Assembly: GCA_043228905.1 (NCBI GenBank)
Contig: JBHGNT010000007.1
Coordinates: 20,398,001-20,462,000, forward strand
DNA from: Azolla caroliniana
Taxonomy: Eukaryota > Plantae > Polypodiophyta
Direction: 5' to 3'
Length of the DNA stretch: 64,000 nt
In this document: positions 13,864 to 26,783 of the stretch, piece after piece
Layout: each line of letters begins with the position of its first letter
Numbering within the stretch: the stretch's first letter is position 1
Notes under the pieces: generated by a model
Seen by the model: the letters and a program-made list of their open reading frames with translations, nothing else
Databases searched by the model: none
Told to the model about the DNA's origin: nothing
Position numbers and translations under genes: made by a program

Positions 13864-14242
13864 ACTTGGTCTAGTGTGTGAACTCAACTTGAGAGTGAAT
13901 AGACACTCCAAAGGTCAAGAGTCACCATTATGTCACCACTTTGTATTCTAGCATTTAGTATGAGTCATTGAATCATATTCTATGACACATAACTTATGAG
14001 CTTTCACATTCCCCATGCTCCATGAGTCTTGTAGTTAATGAAGAGAGAGGGTGACTATATAAAGCACCCTCCTCCCACTTTGTATAATGTTGAGTCTTTC
14101 TCCTTTGTTAATATACTCTTACCTTGCGTATTCTCTGTGTCTTATTCCTTGTCTCTCTCACTCTCACTCTCTCTCTCTCTCTCATACACACACATAACTC
14201 ATATCTCTTCCGCTTCACAAGAATCATATCTGATTCTTTACA
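13864..14242 (+). repeat. 3' LTR of copia #2 (first ~18 bp missing)
   Basis: Matches the 5' LTR from ACTTGGTCTAGTG onward; ends TCTTTACA. Confidence 0.92.
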
Positions 14243-15493
14243 AAAAATTATGTTTCCCCCTCTTTTTTCCCTCTTTCCCCCGCTTTGCATGTGCACTGTG
14301 AAGCTCTTACAGACACTGCATGAAGAAGAATATGAAGCTTGATGTGGGCATCATATGGATCAGAGGAAGAGGAATATGAAGTGGAGGAAGAGGAAGAGGA
14401 AGAGAAGGGTGAGGTCGATGAAGAGACAATCACTGCTCTTGTCATCAACAACTCATGTATCTTGCATGACATCTACAACTTGCTACTCCTCTAAGGTATG
14501 TCTCTCTCTCTTTCTCTCTCTCTCAATGTTACTACTACTAATCTCCACTTACCAAAAGTATCATCCATATCATCGTTTGCAAAATATGTTAATGTAGGAA
14601 CTATGGGGGGAGAGAGAGAGAGAGAAGTAGCGTCTCTTTCCTCCACTCAGCAAGCGGCCTTCTCGGTGTCTGGCTCAGGGGATCGATTATACAGAGTGGC
14701 TATGACTATGCCACCAGCAGTGAAGCCGGGAAAGTTGGGTTTTGGACAAATTTTTTGGATAGGTTTGAGCTCTAAGTGCATCAAATGGTAATTAGCCTCC
14801 ATAGTTCTTCCGAGGTTGTTGAGCTTTAGGATATGGCTTTTTCTGACGTGTTTTTATGTTATTGGTGTAATTCCCTTCATGAGCCTTTGGTATAGACTCG
14901 ATTTTGATTTTGCTCTCAAAAGCTCTTTCTAGATGTCTGTTAATTGTCATGGTAGAATTTGCTAAGAGAGAGAGAGGTTTTTATTGCATAATTGTAGCTT
15001 TTTCTTCAAGCAAGAAATGGAATTTTCCTTGATTGGGTTAGAAAAAGTTCGAAAGACATCTTTGGTGAATGTGATAGCGGTAACATTATTGGATGGCGTT
15101 TTGAATTTGATACATGTTTTGGACATAATCGGTGGTTATGATTGACATGTTTTGGACATTGTATTCGTAGACTAATGGACATAGTGGCATAGTGAGGACA
15201 TCATTCTTACGGTAAACTCTTACCCTTGTTTGAAAGCTTCCAATGATATGTTTAAAAATAAAACTAGTTTGAGAGTGAAATTAATTAGGTAGTTTCAAGA
15301 TTGTTATAACTCACAAGTTAAAAATTGTAAACATACAAGAGGATTGATTTATATTGGACATTCAAGATGTTGTGATGGATATATTTTAGGTTTGGGCTAC
15401 AATTCTTGTTTTCTATCTAATATATTATCTGAAAGTCCTTAAATCAACAATGATATACAATAAGATTAATTGGAAATTATCATATGTGAACGG

Positions 15494-16527
15494 TGTCGCG
15501 AAGATTCGTCACTACGCGCGAATCGTGAGGCGGAACCGCCGGGGTTCTGGACCAGAAGGATTTAGAGTCGATACAAGCTTTGGCGAGAAAGTACTTAAGA
15601 TAGATTGGGAAAGAGAGAAGTTGAGATTGCACGATTGATTTGAAAACGAATTTCTTCCTCTTAATTTTCATAAAAAAAACCGTGTTTTTTCTCCTCCCCC
15701 TTCCCTCTTTTATAGATGCTCTCATGCATATGATGCATGTGAGGGTACAAGACATGCATAAATTGCATGTTTGCCATTTGGCGCTTAAGTATTACATGTG
15801 GTGCATGATAACCATGTCACTCATTTTAGCTCTCATGTATGAGAATTTACATGTAAAAGTACAATGATAGAAATATAATTTCAACTAAATAGCATGGCTT
15901 AATGGTAAGCCATTTGACTCCTAACTTGGAGGTGCAAGGTTTGAATCCTTACTTGCCCTCCTTGTATATGTAAATATGTATATATATTTATATATTTATT
16001 TATCTAGTCGTCGGACGCCGGTTCGCCGGATGCCGGTGCCGCCATCGGTTACTGGTGGCCTCGCCGGATGCCGAATGCCGTCGGATCACCGTCGCCGGAT
16101 TGCCGTCGGATTCTGCCGGATCATCGACTCCATCGCCGGTCCGGTTTTGGTTGGCCAAAACCCTTTACGAGTAGCTAGCCCACCTCCACTCTTAGTTCAA
16201 GTTACCTTGAACTCTCTATGCTCCACACATAGACACAAAGATAATATCGTTTGCTCCACCTTATATATGATGAGAGCTGTATTTGTCGTGCCTATGTGGG
16301 ATATCTCACAATTTTCTCTTTTCCTTTACAAACTTTATACCCTCATATCTTGACATTTAGTTGTCCGTTTCTCGTGTAATAAAGTGCATTCGAAACCTCC
16401 ATCATTTTGTACTTAGATATTAAATCTATTTAAAATGTTATCTTCATAATTATTGTACTACGTGATTCATACTCGATTTCGTACGTTTTATGGGATTTTC
16501 ACACTATTGCCGAAAATCTTCACGACA
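15494..16527 (-). repeat. 3' LTR of gypsy (1034 bp)
   Basis: Near-identical to 22655-23609; adjacent to the purine tract GGTGGGGGTGGA on the minus strand. Confidence 0.95.
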
Positions 16528-16599
16528 TCCACCCCCACCAAACCGCACGTCCTCCGGTACGTGCCAAGAAGAGAAGACGTGAGATTTCGGCTACGATGA

Positions 16600-17212
16600 T
16601 CAATTAGATTCCTCCATGTCTTCATTTTCATCCGGCCTATTATGTTCATCGTCGAGGTAATCGAGGTCAGGATCCTTGTCTTGTCTTTTCTTGAAAATCT
16701 TTACTCTTTTTCCCGCAATGGGTACGACCAACCTTGATCCGTCTAGTTCCGCAAGGTGGTATGTGGCATTATCGTTGGCACTTGTCACCACATACGGCCC
16801 GAACCATCTTCTTGCGAACTTCCTTGTTGTACTGTGTTGATTGTCAAGGGTGCTGTCGTAAACCAAAACCCAATCCCCACATACGGCCCGAACCATCTTC
16901 TTGCGAACTTCCTTGTTGTACTGTGTTGATTGTCACCACATACGGCCCGAACCATCTTCTTGCGAACTTCCTTGTTGTACTGTGTTGATTGTCAAGGGTG
17001 TTGATTGTCCTTGTCTTGTCTTTTCTTGAAAATCTTTACTCTTTTTCCCGCAATGGGTACGACCAACCTTGATCCGTCTAGTTCCGCAAGGTGGTATGTG
17101 GCATTATCGTTGGCACTTGTCACCACATACGGCCCGAACCATCTTCTTGCGAACTTCCTTGTTGTACTGTGTTGATTGTCAAGGGTGTTGTCGTAAACCA
17201 AAACCCAATCCC
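16600..17212 (-). repeat. complex local duplication of the integrase 3' end
   Basis: ~205-bp segment at ~16673-16878 and ~17008-17212, with two extra ~57-65-bp copies of CCACATACGGCCCGAACC...GATTGTCA between them. Confidence 0.93.
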
Positions 17213-20200
17213 CTTCTTCAATCTTCTTGGGACGAAGTCGATGCGTGTTGTCGAACCGAACTTTGTTCTTTACTCGGGCTGCCTTCATCATCTTTCGCGC
17301 TTTTTCTAAATCTTCAGGTCTTCTTTCAAGTTGCCTTATTCGCGCCGCTAATAACTCTTCTCGGCTCATCTCGTTCTCCCACGGTATCGCTACCCATGAG
17401 GCGATCGTCCTTTCTATGGGCATAATCGACTTTTGTCCATACATAAGCTCCGTCGGCATATACCCTGTCACCGAGCTATGTGTCGTTCTATCGGCCCACA
17501 AGGCATAGGGTAATAGTCGTGGCCAATTCCCGACTCGACCGTTGCATGCCCGTACGATGGCTTTAACGATAGGTCCATGCCCTCGCTCGATCTTCCCATT
17601 TGCTTCCGGATTGTAGGCAGTCGTGAGGGAGAGCTTCACGCCTAGTCTTTCGAAGAGCTCCGTCGCTTCGTGCGCGTCCAACTCCCCTCGGTCGGCCACT
17701 ATCTTCCCTACACATCCATATCGGCAAACAACATCTTCAAGTAGAAATTTGCAAACGGCTGAAGTCGTCTTATTTGTCAAGGCTCGTCCTTCCACTTGAT
17801 TTGTCAAGTCTTCCCTTGCCAGCGCTAAGTACTTCATTTGTCCCACTCCCATTGGCATCGAGACCAGATCCACCATCCATTTGAAGTGTATGGTGAGTGG
17901 GTATGTCGGCTTTAACTCATCACGATGACGTATATTTGAATATACTTGGCAAGTTTCGCATGTGGACACGAAATGGAGTACATCTTTGTACATGCTTGGC
18001 CACCAGTACTTCTCCTTCAACTTTTCGAACGTCGCCCATGTTCCTCTATGACTTGCCCAAGCACTCTCGTGGAATTCGGTCATCAGCGTCTCTTGCTCTT
18101 CTTTCTTTACCACCACTCGACGTGGTATTCCTGTCCTTCTTTTTGGATGTCGCCAAAGGAATCCTCCCTTCAAGAAGTATCGATAAGCTTTCTTTCGGAT
18201 TCGTAGGGCCTCCTCCTTTGTCAACGAAGCATCTGTCGTCCATGTTCTTAGGAATCTACCGATGAGTAACCATTCTCCTTCGTACTCATTCTCGTTGAAG
18301 GCGTGGAGGGTTTGCGTGTCCTGGTCTTCCGCCGACAATCGAGCCATCTTGAAGAAGTCGAGGGCGACATCTTCATCTTCCGAAACCATGTTACTTCCAT
18401 TTGAAAATCTTGCCCTCGACAGCATGTCAGCCATGGCGTTCTTCTTCCCTGCGATGTGACGGATCTCTGGGTTTAAAGACTTGATGTAGGCGATCCACCT
18501 TTGCATAGCAAGATCTGGGGTCGCACATCCCGAGACCATTCCGAGAATTGGGAGACAATCTGTCTCTATTATCACTTCTGACCCGATCAGGTAATCTTTG
18601 TCCGTCTTCACTGCCGACACAATACCCCAAAGTTCCCGCTTGACTTGGGCATATCTTTGTTGCCGTTCGCTGAGAACCTTTGCTCCGAACCGGACGGCAT
18701 ATCGCGCATTATCTTCACCTTCTTGATTGATGACCCACCCGATTCCGGTTGGGCTCGTATCTACGGTCACGTAAATTGGTTTCCCTTCGGCATAGTCGGC
18801 CTTCCTTAGTGCCGGAGCTTCAAGAAGCAGTTTCTTTAATCTTCGCATCGCCTCTGTGTGCTCGTCTTGCCATTCGAACTTTATTCTTTTCTTTAGTAGT
18901 CCATATAACGGTTCGGCGACATGTGCGTAGTGAGGAATCCATATATGATAAAACGCGCACGCTCCAAGGAACCTTCGAACCTCCGTTTGGTTTTCGCATT
19001 CTTCTTTCATGTCTTGGATTGCATTCACTTTGGATGGCGAGGGCTTCCGGCCGTATGCTCCACACAAGTGACCTACCACCAAGATCTCCGGTTGCCCGAA
19101 TGCGGATTTTTCTCCCGAAAATGTCAAATTCGTATCTTCGAGCCTTTGAAGCACCTTCTCGCAATCTTTCATATGATCCGCAACGAACTTTCTACAACCT
19201 TCCTTATCTTTCGATTCATCTTTCTCCTCATTCGAACATCCTTTTATCGGAATATCATCCAAGAATGGCATCGTGATGTCCGGAATGCAATCCTTCAAGA
19301 CTTTATTCATGGCATTCACCATATGAGCCACCGAGTTCGTTGCGCCTTGGGGTAAGGTACACATCCGCACAAGCCCGATCGGAGTCCTCATGGTTGTAAT
19401 GTCCCGACTGTCGATCGCCAATTGGAATTGGTCATATCCGGAGTAGAGATCGCCAATGGAGTAGATGGACCGGCCCGCAAACGCTTCGGCAAATTCGTCC
19501 ACGCTCGGACCGATTCCGGCATTTCGAATTGTCACCTTGTTGACGGGTTGAAGATCTTGGATGAATCGCAATGATCCATTCTTCTTCGGCACCGTGAACC
19601 ACCTATTGGAATAAGGAGCATTCGACGGTTCTAGAATTCCCATACTCACCTTCTCCTTTAAGAGCTCGATCAGCTTCGGAAGGTGTGCTCTCGGAACCGG
19701 TATCGGTTTCAAATTCCAAGGCACATGAGGCACCGTGAAGATCACCATTGGCTCTATAACCTTTGGGTCGGCGCATCCGATTTCTCGTGGGAAGAATGCG
19801 AAAGCCTTCCCATGTCTCTCAAGCATATCGTGAAACATTCGCTCCTCTTTAGGGAGAAGGAAATCCTCCTTTCCAACTCATAGCTTCCCCTTCGTCTCTT
19901 TGGTGAAGTCATTACCTATCTTCTTCGGATCTCTTAAGCTTGGATCGTTAGCGACTTCCTTCATCTTTTGCCAGCTATCTTCCGGTAGCGGAACCGCAAC
20001 TGGCTTGATCTTCTTATCCACCGTTTTATATTTCGTGTTGATGTCAGCTTCCTTCATCGAGATGCCACGACGGTATTCATCGATGATAGCGTACATGTTG
20101 ACGAAGTTAACCGAAATCTCGCGTTGGTTGTGAAGATAGCTCAAGTCCACGACGTCCTCGATTTCGACGATGGTGTCGTTAAATGATGCTTCTTCCATAA

Positions 20201-20429
20201 TATGAGTCACGAACTCTCCTTCTTCTATTATATTCTCTTCTTTCAGCATCTTATCGAATTCTTGTATCCGGCGCTTGTGCTTCTTGTCGGGTAGTACTAG
20301 TTTACATGCGCCACTAGGTGTGACACATGTTGCTTCTCCTTGCAATCCACGCACTCTTCTTTCTTGTGGGGTCTTGTGATTACTCAGACTATTTGTGCCC
20401 CATGCTTCAATAGTCCGCTCTAAAAATCC
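16992..20429 (-). pseudogene. gypsy pol (RT-RNaseH-integrase); one in-frame stop at 19878; C-terminus altered by local duplication
   Basis: ORFs 16992-19838 and 19878-20354 are in one frame that stays open up to the slippery site at 20423-20429; DLYSGYDQ, FLDD, DTSPTG, HRG..CETC, YNPEANGKIER, WFGPY. Confidence 0.93.
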
Positions 20430-22596
20430 GAGGATTCGCCTCCAAGACTATCTCGATTCCTTTCATGATTGGCTCGCACCGTTAGGAATTGGACCGATCT
20501 TTGGTTGTCAAGACTCTTTATTCGTGCGAAGGCTGCTCCATTATCGAACACTTTGGTCTCCATCCGAGATGATGTGATATAAGGTTGCCCTAGGATGACA
20601 GGATGCGACGCCGATTCTTGTACGAAGAAGTGTTGATCCATCTCCACATCCCCGATCGTGACTTTGACATTGGGACAAGCTCCGTACAAGTCCTCCGTAG
20701 ACTTTGTTGCCGCACGAATCTTCCATCCGTGGTTTGTATTGATTGGCCATCTTCCCTTTTTATAGAAGTCGGTTGACATGAGGTTGATCTCTAAGCCGTG
20801 GTCGATCAAGGCTACGACGGTCTCTTTCTTCTCCCCGATCTTCACCGGCGTCTCCGTTGTCGCTCGTGCCCAATGAGGTCGAGTGTAGTGGTTGTCCACC
20901 ATATCTTCATCGATTTCGTCTCTTGCCATCGTTATGGCATTCGTTTTTGCTTTTTGCGGCTTCTCTTCTTCCTCGTCCGATTGTTGTCTCTTTCTCTTTA
21001 CAAGGTCCACGATCGTGTCATGGAACTCCTTCTTCGTAATGCCAAGCAATTCCCTCAAGGACAAAGTTACGTGGCTATCAAGAACTCGTTCTTCGAGAAT
21101 CTTCTTTAGGTCCGTCGTCTGCTCTATGTCCGACCTTAGCTTATAGGTAGGTATGGTCCTTGTCCTCCGAGCGGGGTCTTCGACACCAACCTTCATGGGC
21201 CGAACCGTTTCTTCAACTCGTATGCTCGACTCCCCTTTTCGGCTTGATTCTCGTTCCTCCGTTTGTAAAGGTCGACTTGTCTCTGCATCGTCCTTCTTTT
21301 TCGCGTTCCTTGTTTCATGTCTTTTTGATGGGCCTTGCTCTTCTATTCTCTTTCTCTTTTCTTCGACGAACACCTCGTGGTTGTCGCACATCACCTCTGC
21401 GAGTATGGTGTTGTCATCCACCGGATCCGACCACCCGGTTATGCTTTGCACGTTTCGGTCCGCAAGCTCTACCTCGTTCGATGTGACTTTTCCCTTCTTC
21501 TCATATTCGAGAACGGAAGTCCAAAACTTTGCTCCCGCTCTAGCAGCTTCAGTCTTGTCTTTCCCGACTCTTATTCCGGCCGACGCAGCATAGTGCATCG
21601 CATCCACATGAGTCGCATCAGCATCCTCCATAGATTTCTTCATTCCTCCTCTTCCGAAATTCACCCGTAGGGGTCTTCTAGTCTCGCTTGAGCAGATCAT
21701 GTTGTCCTCTATGTATACGATATTTTGTCGAATCGCCTCTCGAAGGCTCGCACAATCCCTTCTCATGTGGTCCATGCTATCGCACCACACGCATCTAAAG
21801 GGTTCTTTTCCTTTAGGGCCCCGACAATTCATGTTGGCTAGAGTGACCTCCTCGAACTTCTTCGCTAGCTCTTCAATGATGTCGTCATTCCACGTTACTT
21901 TGTCTTGGCGGCTCAGCTACTTTCGGCGGTCTTGCTTTCTCCGTGGTAGTCGGTGTCATCAACCCATTGGCGACGCTTGTCGAGCCTATTGCATGCCCGC
22001 TTCACCGCGATCCAGTCCGCTACGAGCCCATTTGCTTGGGTATCATCTTCGAGAAGAGTCCCCAACTCCCGTCTATCCTTTATGTCCACGGCCTTCAAGA
22101 AGTACAAAGTCTTGTCCTCTTCAAGCAATACTTGGTCCGTATTGGGGAGACGACTAAACATTTGGTCGAATTCGTCGTACACCCTCGAGACGCTCATCTT
22201 CTTATTCTTCTTCTCTATCCACCTCATCAGGGCATGTCAAGTCATCCTCGTTGAGTCTTCAGTCACGAACTCCGCTAGTATCGTTTTCTCGAACTCGGAC
22301 CATGTTGTCTTTCCTTCTTGAAGCTCGATGACGCGTCTTCGGATGTTGTTGGCGACAACTCTCTTGAAGCTTGCGATTTGACGTGCCTCGGACACGTCCC
22401 TTTGATTCATCTCCCTCTTATATGCATCAAGGAACTTCGTAACGTTCCTTCCATCGAATTGGCCCTCGAGCTCTACGACACGATCGACAGCCTTCTCCAC
22501 GCTCGCGTCGTTGTCCCGAGATCTCATCATTTGCTCGACGATTAGCATCATCCTTTCGAGCTCTCCTGCTTGGTTGCTTGAGGACACCATCTCCAA
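20420..22596 (-). pseudogene. gypsy gag-protease ORF1, disrupted
   Basis: ORFs 22237-22596 (FDGRNVTKFL), 21913-22227 and 20420-21832 (CVWCDSMDHMRRDC, LIDHGLEINL, VILGQPY). Confidence 0.9.
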
Positions 22597-22631
22597 GTAT
22601 TAATCTCGACTTGATCCTTCCTACCGCCTCT

Positions 22632-22649
22632 TTCACGTCGGGTTCACCA
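22632..22649 (-). promoter_or_regulatory. primer binding site complementary to tRNA-Trp 3' end
   Basis: Plus-strand TTCACGTCGGGTTCACCA matches the 3' 18 nt of plant cytosolic tRNA-Trp as recalled; 5 nt from the 5' LTR. Confidence 0.82.
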
Positions 22650-22654
22650 CTTGA

Positions 22655-23609
22655 TGTCGCGAAGATTTGTCACTACGCGCGGATCGTGAGGCGGAACCGC
22701 CGGGGTTCTGGACCAGAAGGATTTAGAGTCGATACAAGCTTTGGCGAGAAAGTATTTAAGATAGATTGGGAAAGAGAGAAGTTGAGATTGCACGATTGAT
22801 TTGAAAACGAATTTCTTCCTCTTAATTTTCATAAAAAAAACCGTGTTTTTTCTCCTCCCCCTTCCCTCTTTTATAGATGCTCTCATGCATATGATGCATG
22901 TGAGGGTACAAGACATGCATAAATTGCATGTTTGCCATTTGGCGCTTAAGTATTACATGTGGTGCATGATAACCATGTCACTCATTTTAACTCTCATGTA
23001 TGAGAATTTACATGTAAAAGTACAATGATAGAAATATAATTTCAACTAAATAGCATGGCTTAATGGTAAGCCATTTGACACCTAACTTGGAGGTGCAAGG
23101 TTCGAATCCTTACTTGCCCTCCTTGTATATGTAAATATGTATATATATTTATATATTTATTTATCTAATCGCCGGTTCACTGGATGCCGGATGCCGTCGG
23201 ATCATCGACTCCATCGCCGGTCCGGTTTTGGTTGGCCAAAACCCTTTACGAGTAGCTAGCCCACCTCCACTCTTAGTTCAAGTTACCTTGAACTCTCTAT
23301 GCTCCACACATAGACACAAAGATAATATCTTTTGCTCCACCTTATATATGATGAGAGCTGTATTTGTCGTGCCTATGTGGGATATCTCACAATTTTCTCC
23401 TTTCCTTTTACAAACTTTAGACCCTCATATCTTGACATTTAGTTGTCTGTTTCTCGTGTAATAAAGTGCATTCGAAACCTCCATCATTTTGTACTTAGAT
23501 ATTAAATCTACTTAAAATGTTATCTTCACAATTATTGTACTACGTGATTCATTCTCGATTTCGTACGTTTTATGGGATTTTCACACTATTGCCGAAAATC
23601 TTCACGACA
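22655..23609 (-). repeat. 5' LTR of gypsy (955 bp)
   Basis: Near-identical to the other LTR except ~80 bp shorter in the GC-rich CCGG/GCCG microrepeat block. Confidence 0.95.
23049..23119 (+). promoter_or_regulatory. tRNA-like A-box/B-box module inside the gypsy LTR (second copy at 15888-15958)
   Basis: A box TGGCTTAATGG 23056-23066, B box GGTTCGAATCC 23099-23109 with T-arm AAGG/CCTT and tRNA spacing; acceptor and anticodon stems do not pair. Confidence 0.65.
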
Positions 23610-25241
23610 ACGATTTATGCTTGAGACCTAGATGAGTAAGTGAAAGGAAACTTGCATTATCATGTGGGAAGCAATGGCAATCACACATGCTTTCTTCATT
23701 GACAACGTGCTGAGGGGTCACCTTGGGAAAGAAGCGGAATGTCGATGACAACAAAGGCTGTGCTTACAAGGATATAAGGCATATGTGTCATACCAACACC
23801 AGATCATGGAAATAATTTCTCACCATGTTTCCATTTTAGTAAGGTGGTTTTCTTCATTAAAAGGAGAAGGAAAAGTATGTATCTTTCGATTGTCACAAGA
23901 TCATGACATTCTTAACAGATTGTCTCATGGTTAGCCTCTATATTTTTTATTATCATGGGGGTGATAAGGAGTCATTTTCTTGTATAGTTGTCTTTTTGCA
24001 ATGAATGAAAAATAATATGTATGCTAGTTTCCTAAATTGATCCAACTATGAATATCCACATGTGTAGCTTTGTATTTTCTTTGTAGTACCATTCTTTTGC
24101 CTTGACCTTTTTCATATTTGTGAATGCTAAAATAAAGTTTGGATTAAAATGTTACAACTCACTAAATGGGTTTAATAGTATCGGTGATTGTTTTAGACCC
24201 ATGGAACAATGCTTCTATCATCACAGGGGGGAGGGTTTTGTTCATTGAACTCAAATGATGTCATGTGGAGTGGATACTTTGATATATATTATCTAGGACT
24301 ATAATGATGTGGACTCTCTATATCCATATGTACATAGAGTGTCTTAAAGCCCATATGGTGTATCATACATAAGGGTAGGGGAGGAACAGTGCCAAAGTTC
24401 AAGGATAGCCAAAGTTGCATATCCTTAAGTGAGTCGATCCATGGTGGCGTGTTCATAGAAAAATGCCCATTTATGCTTGTAAATTTGCTTCATATAATAT
24501 CCTCTATCCATAGAACGTAATATTCATGTTCGTGGTAGCATTCAAACGTTTGAATACGTTTGGAAACGAACACGTTGGAAAGGGGAAAAATACGTGTTCC
24601 TTTTTTTTATTACTTTTATTACTTTTTTTTTACTTCTTTCTCTCTCTCTCTCTCTCTCCTCCTCCTCATGAATCTTCTTCTGCTACTCATGATCAGAATG
24701 CCACTCATCCGCCATATCTTGGTGACCATGATTTCTCCAACAATTCTGTTGTGTCTTCGGGTATGGCTATGGCGTTCTTCTTTACAACGACTCTGCCGCC
24801 AGGCCATGGATGCAATGATCCATGGTTTCTGCTACATCTCAGCCTCCTCAGTATAATTCATGGGGAGCGATGGGGAGCTCTGGGCAGTAGGTGTGGCTCA
24901 TGATCGTGGGGAGGATGAGGGAGGAGATCCTTAGAGCTAGGGACATGCTAAGAGCCAACATTAATCTCAAGAACACCGTGATGATGAGCAAGAAGAACAG
25001 AAGCTTGATCTACCATGTCGACGAGAATCAGATGAATCATAGTCATGGTGATCCTCATAATCAGATGAATCATAGTCATGGACCATGGTGATCCTCAAAA
25101 ACAAAATCAGAATCAGAGTCATCACGATGATGGCGATGATCAGAAAAATATGAAAAATATGAAGAATCTGAGGACGATGAAGAAAAGGAAGTGAATGGTC
25201 TTGGGAATACTGCCATAGAAGTTGAAGCTTTAGCTCATAAC

Positions 25242-25405
25242 ACTTGCCACTCTCTTGCTCTGTCCCCCTCTTTCTCTCTCTTTCTAATGTTTAGTATTGT
25301 AAGCATTTCTAAAGTATTGAAACTACCTGCCACTCTCTTGCTCTATCTCCCTCTTTCTCTCTCTTTCTAATGTTTAGTACTTTAATCATTTCTTAAGTAT
25401 TGAAA
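25242..25405. repeat. tandem duplication of an ~83-bp CT-rich unit
   Basis: Two copies of TGCCACTCTCTTGCTCT...CTAATGTTTAGTA...AAGTATTGAAAC. Confidence 0.8.
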
Positions 25406-26783
25406 CCTATTACATGTGATTCAATCAATACCATTCTTATGTATCCAATCCAACGTTAAGATGATTTACCATACACGTATTATTGAATCATTCGCGAATG
25501 CGAATGCACGTATGATATGAATGGTTCATTCTATGCCTCTGTCTATGTTGCTATCTCATCTTGTGCTAAAAAAATTTGGTATGTGCAAAAAAAATAATTA
25601 GCATTTCCGGTTGACATTATCACTAGTAGGAAAGTTGCCGATCAAATTTTTAAATTTCCGGTTAGAATCATAAGAAGTAGGAAAATTTCTGGGTGGGCTT
25701 ATAAACTTTGCCCAACACTGGTTGTAGCACAAACTCAAGTTATAGCAACTACAAGTCACATAAGATACTTTAATGCAAGGCCACACTACTTACGACTTCA
25801 CATGTGTCTTTCCACAACGTGAAATGAAACGTTCTCCAAAACATGCTTAAAAGGCTTGCATGATTGTTTTCGGGTTGCGATGAGTCTTTACAAAGTAAAT
25901 CAAATCTCTCTTAGGTTCATACATAGTCACGAAGTACCATGATCACATTCAAATAATATGTTCCCCTTCATTTTGATGTGGTAACATTTTGTTTCTCACC
26001 TCTAACTAGATGGCGATCTCTTCCAATTAAATGGTGTAGTTGTAAATTTCGTGTTAAACATATGACTTTACAAATTCCATTCTCTCATTCCTACATATAT
26101 AATTATGACATACCATCATGATTCGTAACCCAATGAGTACTATGTTTACCTACCTTTATGTGCACTTATTTCATTTTATCTTAATCATCGAGTTTGCTTA
26201 TGCTCATTATTAATTCACTTGACTTGGACAACATTTGTCTTCCATGTTCAATAGTTACATATCCAAAGGTAATTTCTTGATATTAATCAGTTAAAACTTA
26301 ATATATGTCATTTCCGTCATAATCACAGGGAAACAACTTGAATTTAAAGTTATAAACTATCTATCATCTGAATTTTCCATTCCTTATGAATTACCTATGT
26401 ACAATGTTCCTTGTAAGCTGTCATTAATTGAAGGTGATGCACCCATATGTAATCCTCATTGTATACATGTATCACTACATATCAGTCAATGGTTACATGT
26501 GCATGTAGGATAGGTTAGTGAGTCATTATGGTGGGTTGTTATTCTCATTTGTTGTATTTTGTTCTTGGTTTTGTGTTCTAAATCTAAACCTTGATTTATA
26601 CTAAAGGCTTATTTCTTGATATTAGTGTGTAGATACCATATTGTTTTTGTTGCAAGATATTGTGGTGTGCATGTGTTCCTTTGTGCCACCCTTTTAGCTC
26701 ACCCTTTTTAGGATGCACGTACCCAAGTTGGCCCACCCTTTTAGCACACCCTTTTTAGCCATGACAACCCAAATGGGTTCCGT

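Larger units (their letters stand above)
9950..14242 (+). mobile_element. Ty1/copia LTR retrotransposon #2 with internal deletion of RT C-half, RNase H and PPT
   Basis: 5' LTR 9950-10338; PBS TGGTATCAAAGC 10339-10350; gag from 10501 (KLDRNNFASWEYKM); ORF 11344-13710 (WFVDSGASNHMT, HSDVWGP, QNGVAERKNRH, HQMDVKNAFL); RT stops at ~13845; 3' LTR ~13864-14242. Confidence 0.96.
15494..23609 (-). mobile_element. Ty3/gypsy LTR retrotransposon, near complete, non-chromovirus (possibly Phygy/Selgy-like)
   Basis: LTRs 15494-16527 and 22655-23609 (TGTCGCGAAGATT...AATCTTCACGACA); PBS 22632-22649; PPT ~16528-16540; flanks ACGG/ACGA; gag, zinc knuckle, protease (LIDHGLEINLMS), RT (LPQGATNS, PFLDD), RNase H and integrase; no chromodomain seen. 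Confidence 0.97.

Noticed and set aside
14243-15493. Acidic/low-complexity ORFs here and at 24526-25200 as host genes
   Set aside because: Short, microsatellite-driven, with no recognisable domain or consistent splice structure; probably decayed repeat sequence.
17069-22545. Many plus-strand ORFs over the gypsy element, and antisense ORFs over the copias and LINEs
   Set aside because: Shadow frames of TE coding sequence with no independent motifs.
23049-23119. Functional tRNA genes here and at the other A/B-box sites
   Set aside because: Acceptor and anticodon stems do not pair, so these are reported only as tRNA-like promoter modules.
25621-25634. CACTA transposon terminus (CACTAGTAGGAAAG)
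   Set aside because: No matching opposite TIR, 3-bp TSD or CACTA transposase found in the window.
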